A stretch of 64,000 nucleotides of DNA from Torpedo marmorata (taxonomy: Eukaryota). Each line of letters begins with the position of its first letter. The first letter of the stretch is position 1. The stretch spans positions 48,794,001 through 48,858,000 of the forward strand of contig OZ360220.1 of NCBI GenBank assembly GCA_977017645.1, read 5' to 3'. The translations under genes and the position numbers were made by a program. Below the pieces are notes generated by a model, which worked only from the letters and a program-made list of their open reading frames with translations, searched no databases and had not been told where the DNA came from. This document shows, piece after piece, positions 36,353 to 49,375 of this stretch.

Positions 36353-37179
36353 CCTATTATTTTAATTATTGTAGTTAAGGGCTTGATGGAGAAAGGAATG
36401 GAGATATACTGTGTTGGGTGTTGTGGGTAAGATGTGGAAGAAATGTGGAGTGTAAATTCCAGCATGAATGCTTGGATAGAATGGCCTATTTTGTGCCCTA
36501 ATATTCTCACAATTCAATTAGAATATATTATAGAATAGGTAACAAAGTGTCAGGCCCTCAGTCCACTATGTCAGTATCAGGTATCTATCTTTTTTTTAAA
36601 ATATTTTTTTTAAATTTTAAATTACAAAATACATAAAGTAAAATATGAAATTGTCAAAATACATGATACATTTTCACCCTCCCTGCCCTCCCTCCCCTCC
36701 CTAACCCTCCCATCCCTACTAAACTACTAAAGTAAAAATAAAAATAAAAGAATGAAAAAGATAGAATAAGGAGAATGTCAATCTAAAAAACACATCTATA
36801 AACTAATTTTATTGTGGAGGTTCGCCAGTCAGATCCGATGTCCAGAGATCTTCAAATCCTTAAACCAACAACCTTCATATATGGGCTCCATATTTTCAAA
36901 AATAAATAATATTTATTACGTAAATTATAAGTAATTTTTTCAAGTGGTATACACGAACGAAGTTCTGCATGCCATCTCTCTCACCCTAAATCTACATCAG
37001 ATTTCCATGTACTAGCAATGCATTTCTTAGAAACAGCTAAAGCAATTCACAAAAATTCTATTTGATACATATTTAATTTCATCTTAATATGAACTTAATA
37101 TGCTTCGACGAGCACAGGCTGAGGACGCGTCACTGAACACTAAGGTAAGAGTCTTAAATTCTCTCATATTACGATTTCA

Positions 37180-38127
37180 TTGGGGTCCAGGATGAGTGTT
37201 AGGGCTGTGTGTTGTTGGGAGTGCCAGATGTGGGAGGTCCTGGAGTCTTCCAGACTCCCTGATGTCCATATCTGCACGAGGTGTGTAGAGCTGCAGATAC
37301 TTAGGGACCGTGTTAGGGAACTGGAGCTGCAGCTCGATGACCTCAGGCTGGTTAGGGAAACAGAGGAGGTCATAGACAGGAGTTACAGCCAGGTGGTCAC
37401 GCCAGGGCCACGGGAGGAGGAAAGGTGGGTAACAGTTAGAAGAGGGACAGTAAAACGTAAGGTGCCAGAGAGGAGCCCTATGACTGTAACCCTCAGCAAT
37501 AAGTACGCCTCTTTGGGTACTGTTGAGGAGGACAGCATAGTTGGGGGGAGCAGCAGTGGCTGTGCCTCTGGCACAGGGTCAGCCCCTGTGGCTCAGAAGG
37601 GTAGGGAAAGGAAGAGGAGGGTAATAATCGTAGGGGACTCCATAGTCAAGAGGACAGATAGGGGATTCTGTGGACGCAGCAAGGAGAACCGGATGGTGGT
37701 TTGCCTCCCTGGTGCCAGGGTCCGGGATGTTGCTGCTCGTGTCCCGGATATCCTAAAGGGGGAGGGACAGGAGCCAGAGGTCGTGGTACATGTAGGTACC
37801 AATGACATAGGGAGGAATAGAGAAGAGGTCCTAAAAAGTGAGTACAGGCAGTTAGGTAGGGAGTTAAAAAGAAGGACCGCAAAGGGCGTAATCTCCGGAT
37901 TACTCCCTGTGCCACGTAACAGTGAGAGTAGAAATAGAATGAGGTGGAGGATTAACACGTGGCTGAAGGAGTGGAGTAAGGGGCAGGGTTTCAAGTTTCT
38001 GGATCACTGGGACCTTTTTTGGGGGAGATGTGACCTGTACAGTAAGGACGGGTTACACTTGAATCCCAGGGGGACCAGAATCCTGGCAGGGGTATTTGCT
38101 AGGGCTACTCAGGAGCCTTTAAACTAG
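37180..38127 (+). CDS. CR1 ORF1p: zinc finger, coiled coil, SGNH/GDSL esterase
   Basis: CWEC..CTRC, leucine heptads, GDS, HVGTND and DGLH in an uninterrupted ORF. The likely start is the ATG at ~37192. Confidence 0.85.
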   Translation: MGSRMSVRAVCCWECQMWEVLESSRLPDVHICTRCVELQILRDRVRELELQLDDLRLVRETEEVIDRSYSQVVTPGPREEERWVTVRRGTVKRKVPERSPMTVTLSNKYASLGTVEEDSIVGGSSSGCASGTGSAPVAQKGRERKRRVIIVGDSIVKRTDRGFCGRSKENRMVVCLPGARVRDVAARVPDILKGEGQEPEVVVHVGTNDIGRNREEVLKSEYRQLGRELKRRTAKGVISGLLPVPRNSESRNRMRWRINTWLKEWSKGQGFKFLDHWDLFWGRCDLYSKDGLHLNPRGTRILAGVFARATQEPLN

Positions 38128-38132
38128 AAAGG

Positions 38133-41087
38133 TTGGGGGGAGGGAGCAAAATAGTACCGAGCAGTAAGGAGAAGGTTAGAACAGAGAAAGTTTGTAGTCA
38201 GTGTTTGAATATGGATGGGCAGGTGATAGAGAAGGTTACTAAAGATAAGGGCAAACAGAGATTAAGAAGTGGGAAATCTCTGAAATTCATATATTTCAAT
38301 GCCAGGAGTATTGTAAAAAAGGTGGATGAGCTGAAGGTGTGGATTGACACTTGGAAGTATGAGGTGGTAGCCATCAGTGAGACATGGTTGCAGGAGGGAT
38401 GTGATTGGCAGCTGAATATCCCTGGGTTTTGTTGCTTTAGGTGTGATAGAGTCGGAGGAGCAAGAGGAGGTGGTGTTGCATTGCTTGTCAGGGAGAATAT
38501 TACAGCGGTGCTTAGGCAGGATAGATTAGAGGGCTCGTCCACGGAGGCTATTTGGGTAGAACTGAGAAGTGGGAAAGGAGAAGTTACACTTGTAGGGGTG
38601 TATTATAGACCACCCGGAGGGGACCGAGACCGAGAGGAGCAAATCTGTAGGGAGATAGTGGATATTTGTGATAAGCACAGGGTTGTGATTATGGGAGATT
38701 TTAATTTTCCACATATAGATTGGGAAACACATTCTGTGAAAGGGCTGGATGGGTTGGAGTTCGTGAAATGTGTGCAGGATAGTTTTTTACAACAATATGT
38801 AGAGGTACTGACCAGAGAAGGAGCAGTGTTAGATCTACTGTTGGCAAATGAGATAGGTCAAGTGACGGAGGTTTGTGTTGGCGAGCACTTCGGGTCCAGT
38901 GATCATAATGCCATCAGCTTCAATGTCATTATGGAAAGAGATAAGTCGGGGCCAAGGGTTGAGGTTTTTGATTGGGGAAAAGCTAGATTTGAGGAGATGC
39001 GAAGGGACTTACAAGGTGTGCATTGGGACAATTTGTTTTATGGGCAGGATGTAGTAGAGAGATGGAAGTCTTTTAAAGATCAGATTTTGAGAGTGCAAAA
39101 GCTTTATGTTCCTGTTAGGTTAAAAGGAGGGGCAAAAGGTTTGAGAGAGCCGTGGTTTTCGAGGAATATTGGAAACTTGGATCGAAAAAAAAAGGGAGGC
39201 GTACATTAAGTAAAAGAAGCATGGAAATAAGGAGATGTTTGAAAAATACATTGAATGTAAAAAGAATGTTAAGAGAGGAATTAGGAAAGCTAAAAGAAGT
39301 TATGAAGAGACTATAGCAAGCAGGGTGAAAATTAATCCAAAAAGTTTTTACAAATACGTTAATGGTAAAAGGAAAGCGAGGGACAAAATTGGTCCCTTAG
39401 AGAATCAGAGCGGAAAACTGTGTGTGGAGCCTAGAGAAATGGGGGAGATATTGAACAGTTTCTTTTCTTCGGTATTCACCAAGGAGAAGGATATTGAGAT
39501 ATGCAAGATAAAAAAAGCAAATTGGGTAAATATGGAGAATATAGGGATTACGAAAGATGTAGTGTTAGGGCTTTTGAGGCATATAAAGATGGATAAGTCT
39601 CCGGGACCTGACGGGATCTTCCCCAGGACCTTGAGAGAAGTAAGCGAAGAAATAGCAGAGGCTCTGACAGTGATTTTCCAAATGTCATTAGAGATGGGGA
39701 TAGTGCCGGACGTTGGCGTATTGCGCATGTGGTTCCGTTATTTAAAAAGGGTTCAAGGAGGAAGCCTGGCAATTATCGGCCTGTAAGTTTGATGTCTGTG
39801 GTAGGTAAATTAATGGAGAAAGTTCTCAGAGATAGTACTTATTAATATCTGGATAGACAGGGTCTGATCAGGAACTCTCAACACGGATTTGTGAGCGGAA
39901 GGTCCTGTTTGACCAATCTGATTGAATTTTTTGAAGAGGTGACTAGGAATGTGGATGAGGGTAGCGCGGTGGATGTTGTCTATATGGACTTCAGTAAGGC
40001 CTTCGATAAGGTTCCGCATGGAAGGTTAGTTAGGAAGGTGCAGTCTTTAGGTATAAATTCTGAGATAGTCAAATGGATTGAACATTGGCTGGAAGGGAGA
40101 GGCCAGAGAGTGGTAGTGGATAATTGTCTGTCAGGTTGGAAGCCGGTGACCAGCGGTGTGCCTCAGGGATCTGTATTGGGCCCATTGTTGTTCGTTATAT
40201 ATATCAATGATTTAGATGATTGGGTGGTAAACTGGATTAGTAAATATGCAGATGATACTAAGATAGGTGGAATAGTGGATAATGAAGAAGGTTTTCAAGG
40301 ATTGCAGAGGGATTTGGGCTGCTTAGAAAAGTGGGCTGAAAAATGGCAGATGGAGTTTAATGCTGATAAGTGTGAGGTGCTTCATTTTGGTAAGAAGAAT
40401 CAGAACAGGACATATGTAGTAAATGGGAGAGCATTGATGAATACAGAAGAGCAGAAAGATTTAGGAATAACGGTGCATCATTCCCTGAAGGTGGAAACTC
40501 ATGTGAATAGGGTGGTGAAGAAGGCTTTTAGTATGCTGGCCTTTATCAATCATTGCATAGAATATAGGAGTTGGGAAGTGATGTTGAGATTATATAAGGC
40601 TTTGGTGCAGCCTAATTTAGAGTTCTGTGTGCAGTTCTGGTTGCCAAATTATAGGAAGGATATCAACAAGGTGGAGAGAGTGCAGAGAAGGTTTACCAGA
40701 ATGTTACCTGTGTTTAAGAATCTAGAGTACAAGGAGAGATTGAGCATATTAGGTCTTTATTCTTTGGAGCATAGAAGGTTGAGAGGGGATTTGATAGAGG
40801 TATTTAAAATTATGAAAGGGATAGACAGAGTGGATGTGGATAGACTATTTCCATTAAGAATAGGAGAGATTGAAACAAGAGGACATGAGTTAAGAGTTAA
40901 GGGGCAGAGGTTTAGAGGTTACATGAGGGGGAACTTCTTTACTCAGAGAGTGGTAGCGGTGTGGAATGAGCTTCCGGGAGAAGTAGTGGCGGCAGAGTCA
41001 ATTTTATTATTTAAGAAAAAGTTGGACAAGTATATGGATGAGAAGGAAGTGGAGGGTTATGGGCAGGGTGCAGGTAGGTGGGACTAG
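38133..41087 (+). pseudogene. CR1 ORF2 (APE endonuclease + reverse transcriptase) with a few lesions
   Basis: FNARS, ISETW, GDFN, SDH; GVPQGSVLGP, YADD. Frameshifts near 39190 (A-run) and 39710, and a stop near 39843. Confidence 0.9.
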
Positions 41088-43353
41088 ATAGGAATGTTTG
41101 GTTCGGTGCGGACTGGAAGGGCCTAATGGCCTGTTTCCGTGCTGTAATTGTTATATGGTTATATGGTTATCTCCAAACAAAAATGTCATAGGATCCATTG
41201 GGAATGTAATTTTTAATACTTTATCTAAAAACTTTTTAACTTTCAACCAAAAATCATAAACCTTAGGTCAAAACCATGTAGAATGTACAAAAGAACCTTC
41301 CTCTCTATTACATCTAAAACATAAGCCTGATAATGTCGCATTAAATTTCTTTTAATTTTTTATAATTTTTGATGAAAAAAATTATATTGAACTAATCTAT
41401 ATCTAACATTAATAATCTTCGTCATACTTAATTTACATAATTCTTTCCAATGATCTTCATCTATTGTTACATTCAAATCAGATTCCCATTTTAATCATGA
41501 TTTATGAATTCCTACTTTAGGGATTTTTCTCTGAAACAATCTATACATTTGAGAAATAAATTTATTTACACCTTCATTAGTAACTAATAATTCTAGTTCA
41601 TTCTGTCTTGGTAAAGTCAAACTATAGCCTAACTTCACAACTAAAAATGCTCTAATTTGATAATAAGCAAAAAGTGTATTATTCAATACATTAAACTTCT
41701 CTTTCATTCTTTGAAAAGTAATAAATTTACCAGCTTCGAAACAATCATTTATTTTCTTAATTCCCTTTTGGAACCAAATTTTAAATAATTGATTATCAAC
41801 AGTAAATGGAATAAGTTTATTTTGATATAAAGGCATTTTTGGAGAAATCAACCCTTTCCCTCCTATCTCCCTATCCACTCTATTCCATATTTCTAACAAA
41901 TGTTTAAGAATAGGAGAGTTCTTCCCTCCTGTTAATAATAATTTAGAATTCCATTTATAAATAACTTCTTCTTTCAAATCTTCTCCTATATTATTTAGTT
42001 CTATTCTAATCCAAGCAGAAGACTTAGTTAAATCAAACAATTCATTAACAAATTTTAATTGAGCTGTTTTGTAATAATTTTGAAAATTAGGAAATTGCAA
42101 ACCACCCATTTCTTATTTCCAAGTTATCTTCTCCATACCTACTCTAGCCAACTTTCCTTTCCACAAAAACTTCCTAATAATTAAATTTAAATCTTTGAAA
42201 AATTTTTGAGGAATTTCATAAGGGATTGATTGAAAAAGATATTGAATTCTTGGACAAACATTCATTTTAATACAATTTACCCTTCCTATTAAGGTTATAG
42301 GTAAATCCTTCCAGCTTTCTAAATCTTTTTTAATTTTCATAAATAATGGTAAATAATTTAATTTATATAGATTAGTTAATTTTGTATCAATCTTTATTCC
42401 CAAATATTTAATTCCTTCCTTTGACCATTTAAATTGTGAAATTTCTTTACGTTTACTATAATCCCCTTGTGTTAATGCCATAATTTCACTTTTATCAGAA
42501 TTAATCTTATAACCAGATATTTCCCCATATTCTCTCAATAAAACAGTCAATTGTATTAAAGAAGTAATAGGTTTTGTCATATAAATCAATTCATCATCTG
42601 CAAATAAACTAATTTTATGCTCTTCTCTTCCGACTTTAATACCTCCAATCTTAATATCTTGTCTAATTAATTCTGTCAAAGGTTCTATTGCTAAAATAAA
42701 CAATGCTGGCGACAAAAGACATCCTTGTCTAGTTGACCTAGTCAAAGAAAATTTTGAAGAAATTTGTCCATTTGTCACCACTTTAGCAGATGGTTCTTTA
42801 TATATAGTTTTAATCCAATTAATAAATTTAGTTCCAAAACCAAATTTCCCCAATACCTTAAATAAATTATTCCACTCTAATCTATCAAAAGCCTTTTCAG
42901 CATCTAATGTTAATACTAATGCTAAATCATCTTTCTTTTTTTACACATTAATTAAACTATGTTGTCCTTTGAATATCTATTCTTAATAAAACCGGCTTGA
43001 TCTACATGGATTAAGTCTGGTAAATAATTAGCCACTCTATTTCCTAAAATTTTTGCCATTATCTTATAATCCACATTTAACAATGAAATTTGCCTATATG
43101 ATTCTGTTTTCAACACATCTCTATCTTTTTTCGGTATAACTGTAATTTTTGCATTCGAAAATGTTTCCGGTAATTAGTGAGTTTCCGTTATTTGTTTCAA
43201 CACATCCATATACGGAGGTATCAATAAATCTTTAAACTCCTTATAAAATTCTGATGGGAAACCATCTTCCCCTGGAGATTTACCACTCGTTAAAGAACTA
43301 AGAACATCGTTAACTTCCCTCATTGAGAAAGACGAGTCTAAAAATTCTTTACT

Positions 43354-44801
43354 TCAGAATCAGAATCAGAATCAGAAATTATTGTCATGAACAAGTCATG
43401 AAATTCGGTGTTTTGCGGCAGCATCATAGTGCAATTAACATTCATATTAACCATCTTACGACATTACTATAAAAAAAATATAAACAATAGTGCACGAAAA
43501 GTAAGGCAGTGTCTTTGGTTCATTGATTATTCAGGAATCTGATGGCAGCGGGGAAGAAGCTGTCCTTGTGCCGTTGAGTGCTCGTCTTGAGGCTCCTGTA
43601 CCTTTTTCCCGATGGAAGCAGAGTGAAGAGGGCATGGCCTGGGTGGTGGGGGTCTTTGAGGATAGAGGCTGCTTTTTTAAGACACCGCCTCATGTAGATG
43701 TCCACAATGGAGTGAAGTTTGGTGCCTGTGATGTCACAGGCCGAGTTAACAACCCTCTGGAGTTTACTCTTGTCCTGGGAGTTGGCACCTCCATACCAGG
43801 CAGTGATGCAACCAGCCAGAATGCTCTCCACGGTACACCAGTAGAAGTTTACGAGAGTCTTTGGTGACATACCGAATCTCCTCAGACACCTCACAAAGTA
43901 TAGCCGCTGACGAGCCTTCTTTGTGATTGCATCAACGTGGATGCTCCAGGACAGATCCTCGGAGATGTTGACACCCAGGAATTTGAAGTTCTTGACCCTC
44001 TCCACTACTGAGCCCTCGATGAGTACTGGGTCATGTTCCCCTGACTTCCTCCTGAAGTCCACAATCATCTCCTTGGTTTTGCTGACATTGAGCTCAAGGT
44101 TGTTGCCATTACACCATTCAACGAGCTGATCTATCTCCCTCCTGTACGCTTCCTCATTGCCGTTTGTGATTCTGCCGACAACTGTGGTGTCATCGGCAAA
44201 CTTGTAGATGGCATTGGAATTGTGCCTGGCCACAAAGTCATGGGTGTATAACGAGTAGAGCAGTGGACTAAGCACGCATCCTTGGGGTGCGCCTGTGTTG
44301 ATAATCAGTGAGGAGGAGACGTTGTTTCCAATTCGTACTGACTGTGGTCTTCCGATGGGAAAGTCAAGGATCCAGTTGCAGAGGGGGGTACAGAGGCCTA
44401 GAGTTTGTAGCTTCTTGACCAGCCCTGAGGAAATAATGGTATTGAAGGCCGAGCTGTAGTCGATGAAGAGCAGCCGTATGTATAAATTGTTGTTTTCGAG
44501 GTGATCCAGAGCTGAGTGGAGAGCCAGCGATATTGCATCTGCTGTGGAGCGATTGTGACGATAGGCGAATTGCAGTGGGTCCAGATCTTTGCTTAGGTAT
44601 GTGTTAATTCTGGCCATGACCAGCCTCTCAAAGCATTTCATCACAGAAGAAGTTAGTGCTACTGGGCGGTAGTCGTTGAGGCAGCCCACACTACTCTTCT
44701 TGGGTACCGGGATGATTGATGCCCTTTTGAAGCAGGTGGGAACCTCTGACTGCCGCAATGAGAGGTTGAAAATGTCCGTGAACACTCCGGCTAGTTGGTT
44801 G
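43354..44801 (-). mobile_element. Rex1/Babar LINE, 5'-truncated, open RT frame, (TTCTGA)n tail subfamily
   Basis: Uninterrupted 421-aa ORF 43520-44785 ([25 protein letters not shown]). Tail at 43354-43377. Confidence 0.95.
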
Positions 44802-46072
44802 AGTATTTAATCTAGGTAACTTAATTTTAGATATAAAATCATTAGTTTTAGAATCATCTTCATCAATCTGAGATTTATATAAATTCAAATAATAATCCTT
44901 AAAAGATTCATTTATTTCTTGAGGTTTATATGTTATTTTCTTAGAATTCTTTTTTATAGCATTTATAGTTCTAGAAGTTTGATCTTTCTTTAGTTGCCAC
45001 GCCAACACTTTATGTGCTCTTTCTCCCAATTCATAATATCTTTGCTTATTTCTTTCAATTAATTTTTCCATTTTATATGTTGTTAACAAATTTTAATGCA
45101 ATTTTTTCCCAACTAAATTTTTCCTTTTTTCTTCTGATTTCTTTTTTTGCAAGTCCTTCTCCAAAAATTCAATCTCCCTCTCCAAATTATCCACCTCCCG
45201 AACATAGTCCTTCTTAATTTTTGCTGAATAACTTATTATTTGGCCTCTTAAATAAGCCTTTAAAGCTTCCCAAATAATAAATTTATTAACAATCGAATTA
45301 GAATTTATTTGTAAAAATTCTTGAATTTCTCTTCTTATATAATCACAAAAATCCATTCTTTTTAATAAAGAAGAATTAAATCTCCACCTATATATAGTTT
45401 TTTCCTTTTTCTGGAATTATACAAGACATTAATAAAGGCGAATGATCAGAAATTATTCTTGCTTTATAATGTGCTTGTGTTACCCTATCTTGGACTTGTG
45501 AGGACAATAAAAACATATCTATCCTAGAATATGAATCATGTCTAAAAGAGTAAAAAGAATAATCTTTTTCTCTTGGGTTAAATTTTCTCCAAATATCTAT
45601 TAAGTTTAAGTCTCTCATCAAACTAAGAACTCTTTTAGCAATTTTAGATTTAACAACTGATCTTGATGTTTTATCCATTATCGGATCTAAACAACAATTA
45701 AAATCACCACCAATTAAAATGTTATCATTAGCTTCTGACAAATGCATAAAAGAATCTTGAATAAATTGTTCATCTTCCACTTTTGGTACATATATATTCA
45801 TAAGTGTCCACAATTCTGAATATATCTGACAATGTATTAAAACATATCTACCTACCACATCTATAACCACAGATTGTATTTTAAAAGGTAACTTTTTATT
45901 AACTAATATAGCCACTCCTCTTGCTTTAGAATTAAATGAAGAAGCAACCACTTGGCCAACCCATTCTCTCTTCAACTTCTGATGTTCTAAATCTGTCAAA
46001 TGCGTCTCTTGTAAAAAAGCTATATCTACATTTAACTTTTTAATATACGCTAAAGTTATCATGTATCTATCT

Positions 46073-46510
46073 GCGCTAATTCCATTTGCCAGCACTTCGT
46101 CCTTAGCCTTTGATGCCTTATAAATTCAAATGGCCATTCAGATATTTATTAAATATTATGAGAGTCCCAGCCTCCATCACCTTTTCTGACAGTGCATTCC
46201 AAATTCCAACGTCGCTCTTGGTACAAAAAGAGGTTTTGGTCAAACCTTCTATTATCCTCTTATTCGAAACTTAACCTTCTGGTCTTGGACAACTCTTCTA
46301 TGGGAAAGGTTTCATATTACCTACCATATATGTGTGCCACACAATTCTATATACCCTATGTACCTGTGATATCCTCAGCCTCAGCTACTTTTTGGTAAAC
46401 AAACCCAAACCGTTTTGGTATCTCATCAGAACTGAAACAATCCATCCCAAGCACGGTCATAGTGAATCTCCTCTGTGTCCTCTCCTCTGTAATTGTGTCA
46501 CTCCTTTAAC
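46073..46510 (-). mobile_element. Old CR1 3' fragment (its terminal part lies at ~36525-36590, across the L1)
   Basis: Joining both flanks of the L1 TSD restores a CR1-like 3' end on the minus strand. Confidence 0.55.
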
Positions 46511-47260
46511 TGAAAAGAGACCTTCCTCTTCCAACTTTGATTTACGGATGCTAAGTTTAACTGATATACAGGGGTGAACAAGATACCAGTTCAGACAGAG
46601 TCAAAATACAAAACGTCCTTGCCAAGGTGAAAGAATGTTCCAAAATTACAAGTTCCATGGTCAACCTTGTTGAAAATCAACAAAGTTCTCCCTCATGTTA
46701 CGTGATATGTTCCACTCTCAGGATACAGTATTTGCCACTCTCAGAATTTGGTTTTCAGTGTGCACTAATGAGAAAGGAACAGTAACCTTCCAACATGGAA
46801 CAAAATAAGTATTCAGCTTTAGAATTCCAAATGTTTGTTATTTTTGTTTAAGAACATAATGTTAAAAAATGATCAATTTATATATGAGAAACTTTAATTA
46901 AAATTCCTTTCTTTTCTCCACATTTGAAATTCAGAGCTGCACTCGTAGTTGACATGACCACCTCTGGTTGAAGATATTTCTGGAGATCTGGACATTTTAT
47001 TATGTGACAAGATAATGTGACATCTGCCTGCATGATGTCAGATCACATGGCAGCTACCCATTACAGGCTGATGTTCTTTGTATTAACATTGTTGCATTGC
47101 CCTGCAGTTTGGTTCCATGGACATTGTTTCGGCTGGTACCTAAAAACCAGCAGGCCATATATAATGTCAGAAAGTATATGGTCATGCACTTTGATGGAAA
47201 AAATAAACGAGCAGACTATTTTTTAAATGGGGAGAAAATTGAAAATACCCAGATGCAAAG

Positions 47261-47987
47261 TCCCTATTTACATCAATGGAGTTGTGGTGGAACATTTATC
47301 GAGCTTTAAATTTCTTGGCGTCCATATTTCCGAAGATCTCACCTGGTCCCTGAATTCTTCAATTCTGATTAAAAAGGCACAACAGCGTCTTTATTTTCTG
47401 CAAAGCATGAGGAAGGTACACCTCTGTCCCAGGATATTGCTGGATTTCTATAGATGTACCATTGAGAGCATACTAACATATGACATCTCGGCGTGGTATG
47501 GCATTTGTCTAGCACAAGACTGCAAAACACTCCAGCGGGTGGTGAAAACTGCCCAGCGGATTACTGGCATGCAATTGCCCACCATCGAGAACATTTATAG
47601 GGAACGGTGTCTGGGCAGAGCGAGGGACATCATTAAGGATGCATCACACCCAAATCACGGACTTTTTACTCTTCTCCCATCGGGCAGGCGCTACAGGAGC
47701 CTTCGCTCGCGTATCAGCAGGCTCAAGAAGAGCTTTTTTCATGAGGCTGTGAGCCTGCTGAATATTGAATCACAGCGCTGAGTGGTACTGCACTCATATT
47801 GTAATATCAGTACTTTTATAATAGTTTGTTTGTTGAATAGGTTTGTTGTTGGTTTTAATTGCACATGTTTTACTTTGATGTGTACAGCACTCTTTTTTTA
47901 AACTTCTGGTTGGATGCTAATTGTATCTCATTGGCTTGTTTTGCACTGGTACAATGACAATAAAGTGTATCTAATCTAATCTAATCT
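47261..47987 (+). mobile_element. Rex1/Babar 3' fragment, (TCTAA)n tail
   Basis: ORF 47227-47781 (FKFLGVHISEDLTW..KKAQQRLYFL); AATAAA + TCTAA repeats. Confidence 0.9.
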
Positions 47988-48024
47988 CATGCAGGATAAC
48001 CTGAAAGTAAACATGCAGGTTGAG

Positions 48025-48517
48025 ATCAGAATCAGAATCAGAATCAGAATTTATTGTCATGAACAATTCATGAAATTCGGTGTTTTGCGGCAGCATCATA
48101 GTGCAATTACCATTCATATTATAACCATCTTACGACATTACTATAAAAATTATAAATAATAGTGCACGAAAAGTAAGGCAGTGTCTGGTTCATTGATTAT
48201 TCAGGAATCTGATGGCAGCGGGGAAGAAGCTGTCCTTGTGCCGTCGAGTGCTCATCTTTAGGCTCCTGTACCTTTTTCCCAATGGAAGCAGAGTGAAGAG
48301 GGCATGGCCTGGGTGGTGGGGGTCTTTGAGGATAGAGGCTGCTTTTTTAAGACACCGCCTCATGTAGATGTCCTCGATGGAGTGAAGTTTGGTGCCTGTG
48401 ATGTCACAGGCCGAGTTAACAACCCTCTGGAGTTTACTCTTGTCCTGTGAGTTGACGCCTCCATACTAGGCAGTGATGCAACCAGCCAGAATGCTCTCCA
48501 CAGTACACCTGTAGAAG
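48025..48517 (-). mobile_element. Rex1/Babar 3' fragment, (TTCTGA)n tail
   Basis: Nearly identical to 43354-43846. Confidence 0.92.
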
Positions 48518-49375
48518 CTGGTGAAGAAGGCAAATGCAATGCTGGCATTCATTTCAAGAGGAATAGAATATAAGAGCAGGGATGTGATGTTGAGGCTCTA
48601 CAACGCACTGGTGAGATCTCACTTGGAGTATTGTGAGCAGTTTTAGGCACCTCATTTAAGAAAGGATGTGCTAACTTTGGAGATGGTTCAAAGGAGGTTC
48701 ACTGGGATGATTCCAGAATGAAAGGGTTATCATGTGAGGAGCGTTTGACAGTTCTTGGCCTGCATATGTTGGAATTTCAGAAAATGAGGGGGATCTCATT
48801 GGAACATTTCAAATGCTGAAAGGCGTGGACAGAGTAGATGTAGAAAGGTAATTTCCCACGGTGTGAGTGTCTAGGACAAGAGGGTACAACTTCAGGATTG
48901 AAGCTCATCCACTTAGAACAAAGATGTGTTGGAATTTCTTCAGCCAGAGGATAGTAAATCTATGGAATTTTTTGCTACAGGTGGTTGTGGAGACCAGGTC
49001 ATTGGGTGTATTTAAGGCAGAGATTGATAGGTTCTTTTTTTAACCAGGGCATCAAAGGTTATGGAGAGAAGGCTGGGCAGTGGATCAGCTCATGATTGAA
49101 AGGTGGGGCAGGCTCGATGGGCTAAATAGCCTATTTCTGCTTCTACTGTATGTTTTATGGTCCTATGGTCAGGCAGGGACCTCTGTCTCAAAGCACAGCT
49201 GCAAGGAATGTATGTAAAGCATGAGATCTGCTTTCCTTTACAGAGGCAATCTAGGAAGGCAGACGTTTTGACACTTGTTCATTTAAAAAAATATATATTT
49301 GCACATCACCAGCTCAACCAGCCGTTATTGGCCATTCCAGAACAGTAGCTTCCAAGGTTGTTTCAGAAGGCAGAT

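Larger units (their letters stand above)
37102..41170 (+). mobile_element. Near-full-length, little-decayed CR1 LINE
   Basis: Intact ORF1; ORF2 in pieces 38133-39209, 39235-39786 and 39891-41087; (GTTATATG)n tail. Interrupts the L1 sequence cleanly. Confidence 0.95.
36591..46056 (-). mobile_element. L1-clade LINE, 5'-truncated with nearly whole ORF2 (EN, RT, Cys domain), hosting CR1 and Rex1 insertions
   Basis: ORFs 45388-46095 (LQETH, GGDFN, SDH), 45093-45356, 44691-45089, 42113-42853 (TRQGC, LFADD) and 41495-42109. Poly(A) at ~36590-36597. 16-bp TSD TATCAGGTATCTATCT / TATCATGTATCTATCT at 36575-36590 and 46057-46072. Confidence 0.92.
47160..49170 (+). mobile_element. CR1 3' fragment split by two Rex1 insertions
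   Basis: Pieces 47160-47260, 47986-48024 and 48518-49170 are collinear with the reverse complement of 31213-32030. Confidence 0.85.

Noticed and set aside
37180-38127. Host GDSL lipase gene or horizontally acquired enzyme
   Set aside because: An esterase domain in ORF1 is an established feature of some CR1-group LINEs, and it sits directly upstream of EN-RT.
43354-43377. CRISPR-like or telomeric short repeats (TCAGAA)n
   Set aside because: No spacers. These are the 3' microsatellite tails of Rex1 elements.
44691-45089. Novel chimeric protein ORF
   Set aside because: L1 ORF2 reads through an insertion junction into out-of-frame Rex1 sequence. The same applies to 47227-47781 and 35824-36297.
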